DNA of 64,000 nt from an uncultured delta proteobacterium (GTDB lineage: Bacteria; Desulfobacterota; GWC2-55-46), in the NCBI GenBank assembly GCA_963727865.1, contig CAVSHY010000017.1, positions 109-64,108 on the forward strand, written 5' to 3'. The notes under the pieces were generated by a model. That model was not told the origin of the DNA. It worked only from the letters and a program-made list of their open reading frames with translations, and ran no database searches. The first letter of the stretch is position 1, and the number at the start of each line of letters is the position of its first letter. A program made the position numbers and the translations under genes. Shown in pieces: positions 38,018-47,198 of the stretch.

Positions 38018-38980
38018 ATGCAGAAGATGCGAGCGATAGTCTTTAACGGTAAACCTGGATACCGCGGCAACCAACCGCTGCCCGGACGCTCAAAGGACGA
38101 AGCCCTTGTCAGGGTCCTCTACGCTGGCATCTGTAGAACAGACCTTGAGATAATCAAGGGCTATATGGGTTTCAAGGGTATTTTAGGGCATGAGTTTTCC
38201 GGCGTAATAGAAGAGTGCGATGATAAAAAGCTCATCGGTAAAAGGGTCACGGGAGAGATAAACCTTTCCTGCGGACGCTGCGGCTACTGTAAAAGAAAAT
38301 TAAAGAACCATTGTCCCGATAGAAGCGTCCTCGGCATTTTTAAAAAAGACGGCGCCTTCGCGGATTTTCTGACACTGCCGGTTAAAAACCTCCATATACT
38401 GCCCGATGCAATCACGGACATCGAGGCGGTCTTTATAGAGCCGCTCGCCGCAGCCTTTGAGATTTTTGAACAGGTCAGGGTCGGCAGGAATGAAAAAGTA
38501 TGCGTCCTTGGGGACGGAAGGCTCGGGATACTCGCGTCCCAGGCGCTCTTCCTGACCGGATGCGCCCTCATTACCGTCGGCAGGCACAGGGAGAAATTGT
38601 CGATACTCGAGAATCTGGGGATAGAAACCGCCCTCGGCGCGGCCCATTTTCCCAGGGATTTTGATTTCGTAATTGACTGCACCGGGTCGGGCGATGGCCT
38701 GGAGACCGCCCTAAAGCTGGTAAGGCCCAGGGGGACGATAGTATTAAAGACAACCGTAAAAGAGAGCGGCAAAGCTGACATGAATAGAATTGTCATAGAT
38801 GAGATTACGGTCATAGGGTCGAGGTGCGGCCCATTTAAGCCGGCGATAAGGGCCATGAAAGAAGGCACGGTAACAGTAATACCGCTTATATCAAAGATAT
38901 TTTCCATTGAGGACGGGCTAAAGGCTTTGGAGTACGCGGCCAAAGAAAAGGCGCTCAAGGTTATCTTAAAGGTCGGCTGA
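38018..38980 (+). CDS. Zinc-dependent medium-chain dehydrogenase/reductase (alcohol/threonine dehydrogenase-like)
   Basis: GHEFSGVIEE catalytic-zinc motif, structural-zinc loop CGRCGYCKRKLKNHC, and Rossmann motif VLGDGRLG. Confidence 0.8.
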   Translation: MQKMRAIVFNGKPGYRGNQPLPGRSKDEALVRVLYAGICRTDLEIIKGYMGFKGILGHEFSGVIEECDDKKLIGKRVTGEINLSCGRCGYCKRKLKNHCPDRSVLGIFKKDGAFADFLTLPVKNLHILPDAITDIEAVFIEPLAAAFEIFEQVRVGRNEKVCVLGDGRLGILASQALFLTGCALITVGRHREKLSILENLGIETALGAAHFPRDFDFVIDCTGSGDGLETALKLVRPRGTIVLKTTVKESGKADMNRIVIDEITVIGSRCGPFKPAIRAMKEGTVTVIPLISKIFSIEDGLKALEYAAKEKALKVILKVG

Positions 38981-39268
38981 CTGCGTTACGAGAACCTTTT
39001 TGTAAATCCCTGCAAAAACTTTTGAAGCTCCCCGCGGCAAGCCGCGCTTAATCTTCCAACTGTAAGTTTTTTCAGAGTTCTTTATGGAGAACCTGAAAAT
39101 AAGCGGCGTTTCGCGAAGGACGTTAAAAATATCCTTCATGGGGCGCCTGACAAGGAGAGACGTCTCGCGCAGGACTTTAAAAGTTCTATTCCCCTTACCG
39201 CTGAGCTTTTCATCGGGCGGGGTGAACGCTATGCATTTTCAATTCTTTCCAAGACCCCCCGATAACAC

Positions 39269-39540
39269 TTAATCCTTTTTTCTGTAAAGCCACAGGAAAT
39301 ACAGGCTTATGATTATAATTACCAGGAGCGGCAGGGCTATGACGTGCACCTTTAGCAGTTCGACCCATGTCGCGTAAAAGGCCTCCTCAACGGTAAAACG
39401 CGCGGGATAAAAGGATTTGAGATAATGTATCTCTTGAAGGGAGTGCCATGATACGGCAAAGATTACAATCAGGCTTATAATGATAGCTGATATCAGCAGG
39501 ATCTTAACGCTCTTCAGGTGAAGACACCTTTCACGGCCAT
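39269..39540 (-). pseudogene. Possible small two-TM membrane protein lacking an in-frame start (frameshift after ATG 39540?)
   Basis: The minus frame reads ...LKSVKILLISAIIISLIVIFAVSWHSLQEIHYLKSFYPARFTVEEAFYATWVELLKVHVIALPLLVIIIISLYFLWLYRKKD*. The only upstream ATG (MAVKGVFT*) is in another frame. The span is 272 nt, which is not a multiple of 3. Confidence 0.3.
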
Positions 39541-39657
39541 ATTTATAATTTCAGAGAGTATACTACAATTTTAAAAAATTTGCGGCTGATTTAGTCCAGA
39601 GAAAAAACTCTGGGGGAAAAACCGTGAGGTAAAATCAGGATGGGCCAACAGACAAAA

Positions 39658-39684
39658 ATAAATATGCCTGACAGGCATATTTAT
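39658..39684 (-). terminator. Possible terminator hairpin downstream of the endonuclease Q gene
   Basis: An 11-bp AT-rich stem ATAAATATGCC/GGCATATTTAT with a 5-nt loop. On the minus strand it is followed by TTTTGT. Confidence 0.4.
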
Positions 39685-39852
39685 AAGAAAAGAAATCCTC
39701 TTAGATCAAAAATTCTTGTAAAAGGCCCTCTGAGAATGAACCTTTCTTTATTTTTCTTTCTTGTAATGGTGCTTCCGGAATTTTCGTATTCCGTTAATCA
39801 GCATCCGCGTGGTATTTCTCCTTCAGTACAGTATCGGCAGTATTCCTTTTTA

Positions 39853-41112
39853 TTAAAAAAGCCCTAACTGCGCCGGGCCTCGCGGGATAACCTCTTCTGC
39901 GTCGCCGAAGATATTTATCTTTCCAAATACACCGTCGAACCCGGGGGTGATGTTAACATCCTCATTTCGGACTTTTATTATCGCTGAGGCGACCCTGGGG
40001 CCCGCTATTTTAAGAAGGTCTTTCTCGTCCATATCGAGTAGAATTTTAAATTCTCCGCCTGAGTCTCCCACGAGCCTTTTATATTCCTTCTTTACCTTGA
40101 CGGTATTTACTCCGGAATCAAGCACCTCGGATAATATCTCCTCAAGGGGGATAAGGTGCCTTGCGGGTATGGCGCCAGCGGGGACGTACCCCTCTGGCCT
40201 ATCGGCAAGCTCTATCACTCTGCTCATCACTCCGACGGTTACTTCTTTACCGCAGACGGTGCACTTCTTGCCGGACCGGACCGTCTCCTCGGGAGAAAAT
40301 GAAACCCCGCAGTCCCTGTGCCCGTCATAGTGGTATTTCCCCTCTTCCGGGAAAAATTCCACCGTAAAAAGGAATTTTTCATTATCCTTTTCCCTGATTA
40401 TCCTCGTTATCTCATAATAATCCATGGCGCAGTCGAAGACATTGGCTTCCCTTCCGAGCTTTGAAGGGGAGTGCGCGTCGGAGTTTGAAATGAGCGTAAT
40501 ATTATCAAGGGAAGAAACTCTCCAGTTCATCCGCGGGTCTGAGGATAAACCGGTTTCTATGGCGTAAATATGCTTCGAGAGATCGCCGAAGCACTCTTCG
40601 ATGGAGTCAAAACCCGATTTGCTCCCGAATATTGAAAACCATGGGGTCCAGGCGTGCGCCGGTATGAGCATCGAATCGGGAGACGCGTCTAAAACAATTT
40701 TCAAGAGGTCCTGTGAAGAAAAACCAAAGATGGGCCTTCCGTCGGAATTGATGTTTCCCAGCCTCGCGAAGGCTGAGTTCATCTTGCGTGCGGCCCCGAA
40801 AGAAGGCGCGAAGATAAGGTTATGGATTTTACGGGTTTTACCCCCCTGGGTATAGATGTTGCTGACCTCGGCGGTCAGCATGAAGTGGAGAGGGTTTTCG
40901 GCGTCTTTTCCCTTTAATACGAATAGCCCGTTGCCGGCGGGTTCGAGCTTCTCTTCGATAGAGGCAAAATGAAGAGGGTGAGTAAAATCCCCTGTACCAA
41001 GGAGATTTATCCCCTTCAACTTTCCCCAGTGCGAAAGCACCTCAAGGCTCAAATCCTTGCTTGTCGCTCTTGAGTAACGGCTGTGGATGTGGAGGTCAGC
41101 TATTATCCGCAT
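39853..41112 (-). CDS. Endonuclease Q (PHP-domain, TIGR00375 family)
   Basis: Motifs collinear with archaeal EndoQ: ADLHIHSRYSRATS, LLGTGDFTHP, IPAHAWTPWFS, ETGLSSD, SNSDAHSPSKLGREAN, GKYHYDGH, and the zinc finger CTVCGKEVTVGV. Confidence 0.85.
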   Translation of the reverse strand: MRIIADLHIHSRYSRATSKDLSLEVLSHWGKLKGINLLGTGDFTHPLHFASIEEKLEPAGNGLFVLKGKDAENPLHFMLTAEVSNIYTQGGKTRKIHNLIFAPSFGAARKMNSAFARLGNINSDGRPIFGFSSQDLLKIVLDASPDSMLIPAHAWTPWFSIFGSKSGFDSIEECFGDLSKHIYAIETGLSSDPRMNWRVSSLDNITLISNSDAHSPSKLGREANVFDCAMDYYEITRIIREKDNEKFLFTVEFFPEEGKYHYDGHRDCGVSFSPEETVRSGKKCTVCGKEVTVGVMSRVIELADRPEGYVPAGAIPARHLIPLEEILSEVLDSGVNTVKVKKEYKRLVGDSGGEFKILLDMDEKDLLKIAGPRVASAIIKVRNEDVNITPGFDGVFGKINIFGDAEEVIPRGPAQLGLF

Positions 41113-41391
41113 ATTTTCGCCGAAAGTTTAGAATTTAACCCAAGTTACCATATACCTCTATGTAAGCCTTTTAAAAGGCCGGTTATGAAAACTCATTTCT
41201 GCGCCCATTTGCCTTTTTATTAAAAAAAGAGGTAAATAAAGCGCTTACGCCCACAAGGGCCCCGCATTCAAAACGCTTTACACCGCTTTTTTAAGAGGCT
41301 CTACCGCATTTGAAGCTATGAGTTTAACAAACTAAAGACGCATTTTGGGGAATCGAGGGTAAGTGTATCTCAGAATTCTTTATTTGTAAAA

Positions 41392-42162
41392 CTAAAAACC
41401 GATAACATTGTAACCCGCGTCCACGTAAATAATCCCCCCGGTAACCCCGCTCGACAGGTCGCTCAGGAGATAAAGCGCTGTTTTCGCCACATCATCCTGG
41501 TTAATATTGCGCCTGAGCGGGGCTTTTGCCTCTACGGAATCGAGTATAGATTTGAAACCCGATATACCCATGGCGGCTAAAGTCTTTACCGGCCCGGCGG
41601 AGATCGTATTGACCCTTATATTTTTTGGGCCGAGGTCGGCCGCGAGATACCTCACGCTCGCTTCAAGAGCGGCTTTAGCCACCCCCATGACATTGTAATT
41701 CCGTATGACTTTCTCGCTCCCGTAATAACTCAGCGTAATAATGCTCCCGCCCCGGCCCTCCATCAGCGCCTGCGCCCTTTTAGCTAACGCGACAAGGGAA
41801 TAGGCGCTTACGTCGAGGGCTACCCTGAAACCATCTCTCGATGTATCTACAAATTCCCCTTTAAGCTCTTCCTTTTTCGCGAAGGCAAGCGAATGAACAA
41901 GGGCGTCTATGCCGCCCCATTCTTTCTTAAGGGTATCAAAGACCGAATCTATCTGGGCGTCGTCGGTTACGTCGCAGGGAAGTATCAACTTTGAGCCGAG
42001 CGATTCCGCGAGAGGCCTCACCCTGGACTCAAGCGCCGCGCCGGCGTACGAAAAGGCAAGGTCCATCCCTTCCTTATTAAGAGCCTGCGCTATCGCCCAG
42101 GCTATGCTCCTTTCGTTCGCAACCCCGAAAATTACGCCTTTTTTCCCCTCAAGCAGTCCCAT
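41392..42162 (-). CDS. fabI: Enoyl-[acyl-carrier-protein] reductase (NADH) FabI
   Basis: [13 protein letters not shown] and [23 protein letters not shown] (Tyr/Lys catalytic pair). 256 aa. Confidence 0.93.
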   Translation of the reverse strand: MGLLEGKKGVIFGVANERSIAWAIAQALNKEGMDLAFSYAGAALESRVRPLAESLGSKLILPCDVTDDAQIDSVFDTLKKEWGGIDALVHSLAFAKKEELKGEFVDTSRDGFRVALDVSAYSLVALAKRAQALMEGRGGSIITLSYYGSEKVIRNYNVMGVAKAALEASVRYLAADLGPKNIRVNTISAGPVKTLAAMGISGFKSILDSVEAKAPLRRNINQDDVAKTALYLLSDLSSGVTGGIIYVDAGYNVIGF

Positions 42163-42333
42163 GGCCTAAAACCTCCTCTTTAAAAGATGACAGAAAGTAT
42201 TTTTATGGATTTTCAGAGAGACCTTTTTTCTACCATTATTCAATGAATGATTCAACAGTTACTTTGCCGTCCAAGAAACGCTTAAGGACGGCGGAACTAT
42301 TGATTTTCATGAATTTTATGATACTATCCTCCT

Positions 42334-43329
42334 ATGCCTGAGTTGAGATTAAACCTTCTTACGAGGGAATGGGTTATTATAGCTGCCGAAAGGGCAAAGC
42401 GTCCGACAGACTACAAAAACTCTTTTATGAGGCCGGCGCTTCCGGAATATCTCAATACCTGCCCCTTTTGCGTGGGTAACGAACACAAGACCCCTGAAGA
42501 ATTCTTCAGGCTTACCGATGACGGCGGATGGAAGATAAGGGTCGTGTCAAACAAATACCCCGCCCTTTCGAATAAAGGGGAGAGGAAATGGACGTCCGAC
42601 GGATACAGGCGGTCTGTCTCGGGCGTAGGCATACACGAATTAATAATAGAAAATCCCCTGCATAACATGAACATAGCCCTGATGAATGATAAGCATGTTG
42701 AAAATATAATCGGCATATACAAAAAAAGGTTCATAGAAGCCCACAAAGACCCCAGGGTGGAACATGTAATAATCTTCAAGAATCACGGGGAAGTGGCCGG
42801 CACCACCATCGGGCACCCTCACGCGCAGCTTATCGGGACCCCGGTAGTGCCAATACAGTTCCGCGACAGGGTCCAGGCATCGATGCATTTCTTCGATGAT
42901 ACCGGCAAGTGCCTCGTCTGCTCCCTCAGGGACAGGGAGAAAGAAGAAGGTAAGCGCGTTATAATCGACACGGACCACTTCCTTACCTTCGTCCCCTATG
43001 CCGCCTTGTCTCCGTTCCATACGTGGATATTCCCGAAACGGCATTCGGCGTCGTTTTCCGATATCAGCGACGACGAGATCAAAGACCTATCGACGCATCT
43101 AAAAACCCTGCTCTCAAAGTTCTACTTCGGCCTCGATAACCCGGACTATAACTATGTCATAAGGTCGAGCAGGCCCGAGGACTCGAAGAACGAGTACTGC
43201 CACTGGTATCTGTCGGTCGTGCCGAGGATCACGAAAACCGCGGGTTTTGAACTCGGGAGCGGCATGTTCATAAATACAAGCCTCCCGGAGGAAAGCGCGG
43301 ACTTTTTAAAAAATGCAAGGATCGAATAG
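42334..43329 (+). CDS. galT: Galactose-1-phosphate uridylyltransferase family (HIT superfamily) nucleotidyltransferase
   Basis: Zinc knuckle CPFCVGNEHKTPEE and active site GHPHAQL (HxHxQ). 331 aa. The exact substrate is not inferable. Confidence 0.75.
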   Translation: MPELRLNLLTREWVIIAAERAKRPTDYKNSFMRPALPEYLNTCPFCVGNEHKTPEEFFRLTDDGGWKIRVVSNKYPALSNKGERKWTSDGYRRSVSGVGIHELIIENPLHNMNIALMNDKHVENIIGIYKKRFIEAHKDPRVEHVIIFKNHGEVAGTTIGHPHAQLIGTPVVPIQFRDRVQASMHFFDDTGKCLVCSLRDREKEEGKRVIIDTDHFLTFVPYAALSPFHTWIFPKRHSASFSDISDDEIKDLSTHLKTLLSKFYFGLDNPDYNYVIRSSRPEDSKNEYCHWYLSVVPRITKTAGFELGSGMFINTSLPEESADFLKNARIE

Positions 43330-43335
43330 CCGGGC

Positions 43336-43767
43336 ATGAAAAATGGGGGAGATTATAAAAATCCGCTTCCGACGGTAGATATTATAATAGAGATCGGCGA
43401 CGGCATTATCCTTATCGAAAGGAAAAACCCGCCTTATGGATGGGCTATCCCCGGCGGGTTCGTTGACCGGGGCGAAAGCCTTGAGAACGCCGCGGTAAGA
43501 GAAGCCCTTGAAGAAACGTCGCTTGATGTCAGTCTAAAGACTCAGCTCCACGCCTACTCCGACCCCGGTCGAGACCCAAGATTCCATACGATCTCGGTCG
43601 TATTCGTCGCTGTTGCAAAAGGCACGCCGGCCGCCAGGGATGACGCAAGGGGGATCGGGGTTTTTACCGAAAAGAACCTTCCCGGCCCTCTCGCGTTCGA
43701 CCACGCCATGATACTTAAGGATTATTTCAGATGGAAGAAGGAAGGTTTTAAGGTCTTCGAGCCGTGA
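43336..43767 (+). CDS. Nudix hydrolase
   Basis: Nudix box [24 protein letters not shown]. Confidence 0.85.
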   Translation: MKNGGDYKNPLPTVDIIIEIGDGIILIERKNPPYGWAIPGGFVDRGESLENAAVREALEETSLDVSLKTQLHAYSDPGRDPRFHTISVVFVAVAKGTPAARDDARGIGVFTEKNLPGPLAFDHAMILKDYFRWKKEGFKVFEP

Positions 43768-43819
43768 CGGCGCTTGAAGAGATGGCGTTCTTTCAGGCCT
43801 TATGCCCATAAAGAGGAAA

Positions 43820-44870
43820 ATGTTCAAGTCAGGACGGAAGATAAAACTGACGGATTGGGCGAGCTGCGCGGGTTGAGCCGCTAAAATGGGCCCCGACGCC
43901 CTGATGCAGGTTCTGCATCAGCTCCCTCACGTTAAGGACAAAGATCTGCTTGTAGGCATTGAAACCGCCGACGACGCGGGGGTCTATCGAATCTCGGACG
44001 AACTAGCGATAATTTCAACCCTCGATTTTTTTCCTCCCCTTGTCGATGACCCAAATACCTTCGGGGCTATCGCGGCGGCGAATTCATTAAGCGACGTATA
44101 CGCCATGGGCGGGGTCCCAAGGCTTGCCATGAATATCGTATGCTTCCCAAAAGAGCTGAGCCTCGATATCCTGAATGAGATAATACGGGGGAGCATGGAT
44201 AAGCTCAAGGAGGCGGAGACACTCCTTGTGGGGGGCCATTCGATAGAGGATACGGAGATAAAGTACGGCCTTTCAGTAACAGGTTTTATAAATCCAAGGG
44301 ATATTAAAACGAATGGAGGCGCGAAACCGGGCGATCTTTTGGTCCTTACGAAACCGATCGGCACGGGGGTAATAGCGAGCGCGTTAAAAGCCGGAAGGAT
44401 CAGTCTCCCGGACGCCATTGAGGCGGTTACCGGGATGACGACCCTGAACAGAAAGGCTTCCGCCGTAATGGTGGAGGCGGGGGCGAACGCATGCACCGAC
44501 ATAACAGGGTTCGGGCTCCTCGGACACGCCATGGAGATGGCGAAAGGGTCCGATGTAAATCTCGCTATCAGAGCGTCTGATGTAAAGACCTATCCTTTTG
44601 CCAGCGAACTCATTAAAAAGAAGGCCAACAGACCGAGGACGCTCTTATCAAACAGGGATTTTTTAATGAAGGATATAGACGCAGGAACCAAGGATCATGA
44701 CCTGGAACTCCTCTTATTCGACCCGCAGACTTCAGGCGGGCTCCTGATTTCGATCCCTGAGGAGAAATTCAGGCGGCCTGATTGAAAAACTCTTCGATCA
44801 GGGCGTAGACGGCTTTATCATAGGAAGGGTCGTTCAAAAGGAAGATGGCTGGAGGATAAGAGTAGAGTAA
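43820..44870 (+). CDS. selD: Selenide, water dikinase SelD, a selenoprotein (in-frame UGA at 43874-43876); C-terminal frameshift near 44771-44779 in this sequence
   Basis: AAGAGGAAA precedes ATG 43820. Translation is MFKSGRKIKLTDWASCAG-U-AAKMGPDALMQVL. This aligns with E. coli [25 protein letters not shown], so the UGA sits at the catalytic Cys17 position. The rest is SelD-like. The last ~30 aa (LIEKLFDQGVDGFIIGRVVQKEDGWRIRVE*) are in the +1 frame. Confidence 0.85.
43901..43921 (+). other. Candidate bacterial SECIS hairpin for the selD UGA
   Basis: A perfect 9-bp stem CTGATGCAG/CTGCATCAG with apical loop GTT. It starts 24 nt after the UGA. Confidence 0.6.
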
Positions 44871-44910
44871 TATATAATTTTGACTTTAACTTTATATTAA
44901 AGGAGGATGT

Positions 44911-45432
44911 ATGGGAATCAACAACGTTAACGTGGATAAGCTAAAGACGGTCGTCAAGGAACTCGAGAAGGACCTGAACAAGGCAAAAAAAGTCACTAAG
45001 ATAGAAGGAGACTGGAACGTGGGGACGGGGAGCCAGTTCTCGGCCACTGTCCAGTTCGAGGGCGGCAAGGTCACTCTTGAGGCCGACCAGCCGACCTTCC
45101 TCGGAGGAGGCGGCACCCAGCCCGGCCCCATGGCATACTGCCTTTTCGGCTCAGCCTCGTGCTATGCCGCCACGTTCGCCACATTCGCGGCGATGGCGGG
45201 GATAAAATTAAAGAAACTCAAGATAGTAGCCGAGAGCGGCATCGACTTTTCAAAGGTCTTCGGACTTTCCAATAACCCCATAACAGAGAAGGTAAAGTTC
45301 ACTCTTTTTGTGGAAAGCGACGCGCCCGCGAGTAAAATCAGGGAGATTGAAGAACTCGCAAAGGAAAGATGCCCTGCGGTATATTGCCTTACGAACCCCA
45401 TACCCCTCGAGACTGAAATAAAGATAGGCTAA
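44911..45432 (+). CDS. OsmC/Ohr family protein
   Basis: 173 aa. OsmC-like pattern with the conserved Cys pair (CLFGSASC ... KERCPAV). AAAGGAGG lies upstream. Confidence 0.75.
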   Translation: MGINNVNVDKLKTVVKELEKDLNKAKKVTKIEGDWNVGTGSQFSATVQFEGGKVTLEADQPTFLGGGGTQPGPMAYCLFGSASCYAATFATFAAMAGIKLKKLKIVAESGIDFSKVFGLSNNPITEKVKFTLFVESDAPASKIREIEELAKERCPAVYCLTNPIPLETEIKIG

Positions 45433-45438
45433 ATAAAG

Positions 45439-45481
45439 AAGAGGAGATTGCCCTCAATGGCCGTCTCCTCTTTATTTTTTT
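45439..45481 (+). terminator. Rho-independent terminator after the OsmC-family gene
   Basis: Stem AAGAGGAGA/TCTCCTCTT followed by a T-run (TTTATTTTTTTT). Confidence 0.75.
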
Positions 45482-45539
45482 TACATCTTTTTAATCCCCG
45501 TACGGGTTTTCAACCGAATATTCATTCGCAGGTTATGAA

Positions 45540-46556
45540 ATGAAAACTAAAGTATATATTTTAGGTGCTGGAGCTTCGAAACCAGCTGGTTGTCCCCTGA
45601 TAAAAGATTTCATTGGTGAAGGTTTTTTTCATTTAATAAATAATTCTGCCTTTCCTGACAATTTAAGTAATTACATAGAATTTTGTAAATATTTAAAAGA
45701 AAAATATAAGTTTGATTTTTGTAATTCTGGTCGTTCAGATCTCTTAGCATTTTTGTGTTATCAGAAAATAGACATAGAAACAATAATATCGGAACTTGAT
45801 AAAGAAATTCGTCAAGGCAAGAAAGATTTGATAGAAGCAAGACGGCAGGCTGTAAGATTTGTTTATGCCACTTTAGAGAATGCAGCCAGGGATGGTTCTA
45901 ACGAAGACTGTTATCCAGATTTCGTAAAAAACAAAATCGTAAACTTAGATGATGAACATGTGATAATTACTTTTAACTATGAAACTTGCTTAGAAAAGGC
46001 TATCCAAGATAAATTTCGTTATTATTTTTCATATTTATTAGATGTGGATAAAGATAAAATTATACATTTTCATAGTTATCAAAAAAAATATACTAATAAT
46101 CTGAAAATACTGAAATTGCATGGTTCATTAAATTGGGCTATATGCTCCGGCTGTAATAAGATACATTTATTTTGGTCACATAAATATGATGATATTTTTA
46201 AAGAAAAATGCAAAAACTGCGATCACAGTCTAGACTCGATCTTAATTGCCCCAACAAAATATAAAGAGCTTGATAAAAATTTAGAGAAGCTCTGGGACAT
46301 CGCAAGGGAGAAAATTATAGCAGCAGACGAAATTGTTATTATCGGATATGCTTTTAATGAATATGACAAAGAAGCTTTCAAGTTGTTTGGAGAGTCCATA
46401 AAATGTAATAAAAAGTCTCCTATGCTTTTTATTGCAGACCCTAATGCATGTGATATATACAAAAAGATTACTTCTAACTTCTCGGTGAAGGATGAAAATT
46501 TTTCTAATAGAGTTTTTTCCCAAGGGTTTAGAGAATACATCAACATATGCCTTTAA
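45540..46556 (+). CDS. Stand-alone SIR2_2-type (sirtuin-like NAD-utilising) protein with a zinc ribbon
   Basis: 338 aa. N-terminal YILGAGASKPAGCPL, IITFNYETCLE (catalytic Asn context), LKLHGSLNW (catalytic His), CSGCNK...CKNCDH zinc ribbon, and VIIGYAFNEYD. The gene is strongly AT-rich: 7/60 and 19/60 G+C in two spot-counted lines, against 27/60 in the adjacent OsmC-family gene. Confidence 0.7.
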   Translation: MKTKVYILGAGASKPAGCPLIKDFIGEGFFHLINNSAFPDNLSNYIEFCKYLKEKYKFDFCNSGRSDLLAFLCYQKIDIETIISELDKEIRQGKKDLIEARRQAVRFVYATLENAARDGSNEDCYPDFVKNKIVNLDDEHVIITFNYETCLEKAIQDKFRYYFSYLLDVDKDKIIHFHSYQKKYTNNLKILKLHGSLNWAICSGCNKIHLFWSHKYDDIFKEKCKNCDHSLDSILIAPTKYKELDKNLEKLWDIAREKIIAADEIVIIGYAFNEYDKEAFKLFGESIKCNKKSPMLFIADPNACDIYKKITSNFSVKDENFSNRVFSQGFREYINICL

Positions 46557-46694
46557 TACAATTTAATATTGAGTAAACGTTATTTAAAAGAGAGGTTAAG
46601 TCTTTGACTAGTAATGAGCAATTCATACTGTTTTCTCTCTGGCCTTTGTCTTTCTCTTTATCCTCTGCCCTTAATCACCCTTCAGACCGCCCGT

Positions 46695-47120
46695 TTATTC
46701 CGCCAGGTAGTGCCCAATCAAATCAAGCCATTCTTCGAAAGAAGCGCATTTTCCAATTTCCCATCCTTTGCAAATCCTCGCTTCCGGTTCATCAGAAACT
46801 TTCATAAACGCTGCGTAAGTGGAGTTATCGCCTAAGTCGACGATATAGTGTTCCTCAACAATCTTATTTAAATACAAGGGAGTAAACTTTGATATCAGGA
46901 TAAAACACTTATCCATCTTTACGTTATAGTGGTTCCGAAAATCCCACTGCGGCGAAACATCTTTATCGGTATTGGCGGCACTGTAAACTTGAAAGTACTC
47001 TCTTGCGTTTTCCCCACACTCCTTCCGCAATTTAGAGATGTCCTTTGCATAGCTTGAATTTGCATAGGCTATGAAAGAAAAGAGCAAAATTGACAATATC
47101 AACATAAACCGTTTTTTCAT
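46695..47120 (-). CDS. Secreted hypothetical protein (4 Cys)
   Basis: GGAGGTG precedes ATG 47120. The signal peptide is MKKRFMLILSILLFSFIAYANSSYA. No family recognised. G+C is below the window average. Confidence 0.55.
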   Translation of the reverse strand: MKKRFMLILSILLFSFIAYANSSYAKDISKLRKECGENAREYFQVYSAANTDKDVSPQWDFRNHYNVKMDKCFILISKFTPLYLNKIVEEHYIVDLGDNSTYAAFMKVSDEPEARICKGWEIGKCASFEEWLDLIGHYLAE

Positions 47121-47150
47121 AAGCACCTCCGTAAAGTGAATCTCCGCGCG

Positions 47151-47160
47151 CCCCCCCCCC
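47151..47160. repeat. C10 (G10 on the minus strand) homopolymer tract about 30 nt upstream of the 47120 start codon
   Basis: Directly visible as cgcgcg-cccccccccc-tgctcg. Confidence 0.9.
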
Positions 47161-47198
47161 TGCTCGACTTTTAACATCTCTCTAAAACTTTTACTTTA

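Noticed and set aside
39100-39190. Two ~20-nt imperfect direct repeats (TCGCGAAGGACGTTAAAAAT / TCGCGCAGGACTTTAAAAGT) and the short ORFs around them (39084-39272 plus strand; 25-aa and 57-aa ATGA-coupled ORFs on the minus strand).
   Set aside because: There are only two degenerate copies, so this is not a CRISPR or other array. The ORFs are short, overlap the dehydrogenase 3' end and have no recognisable motifs. I leave the region unannotated apart from the possible small membrane ORF at 39269-39540.
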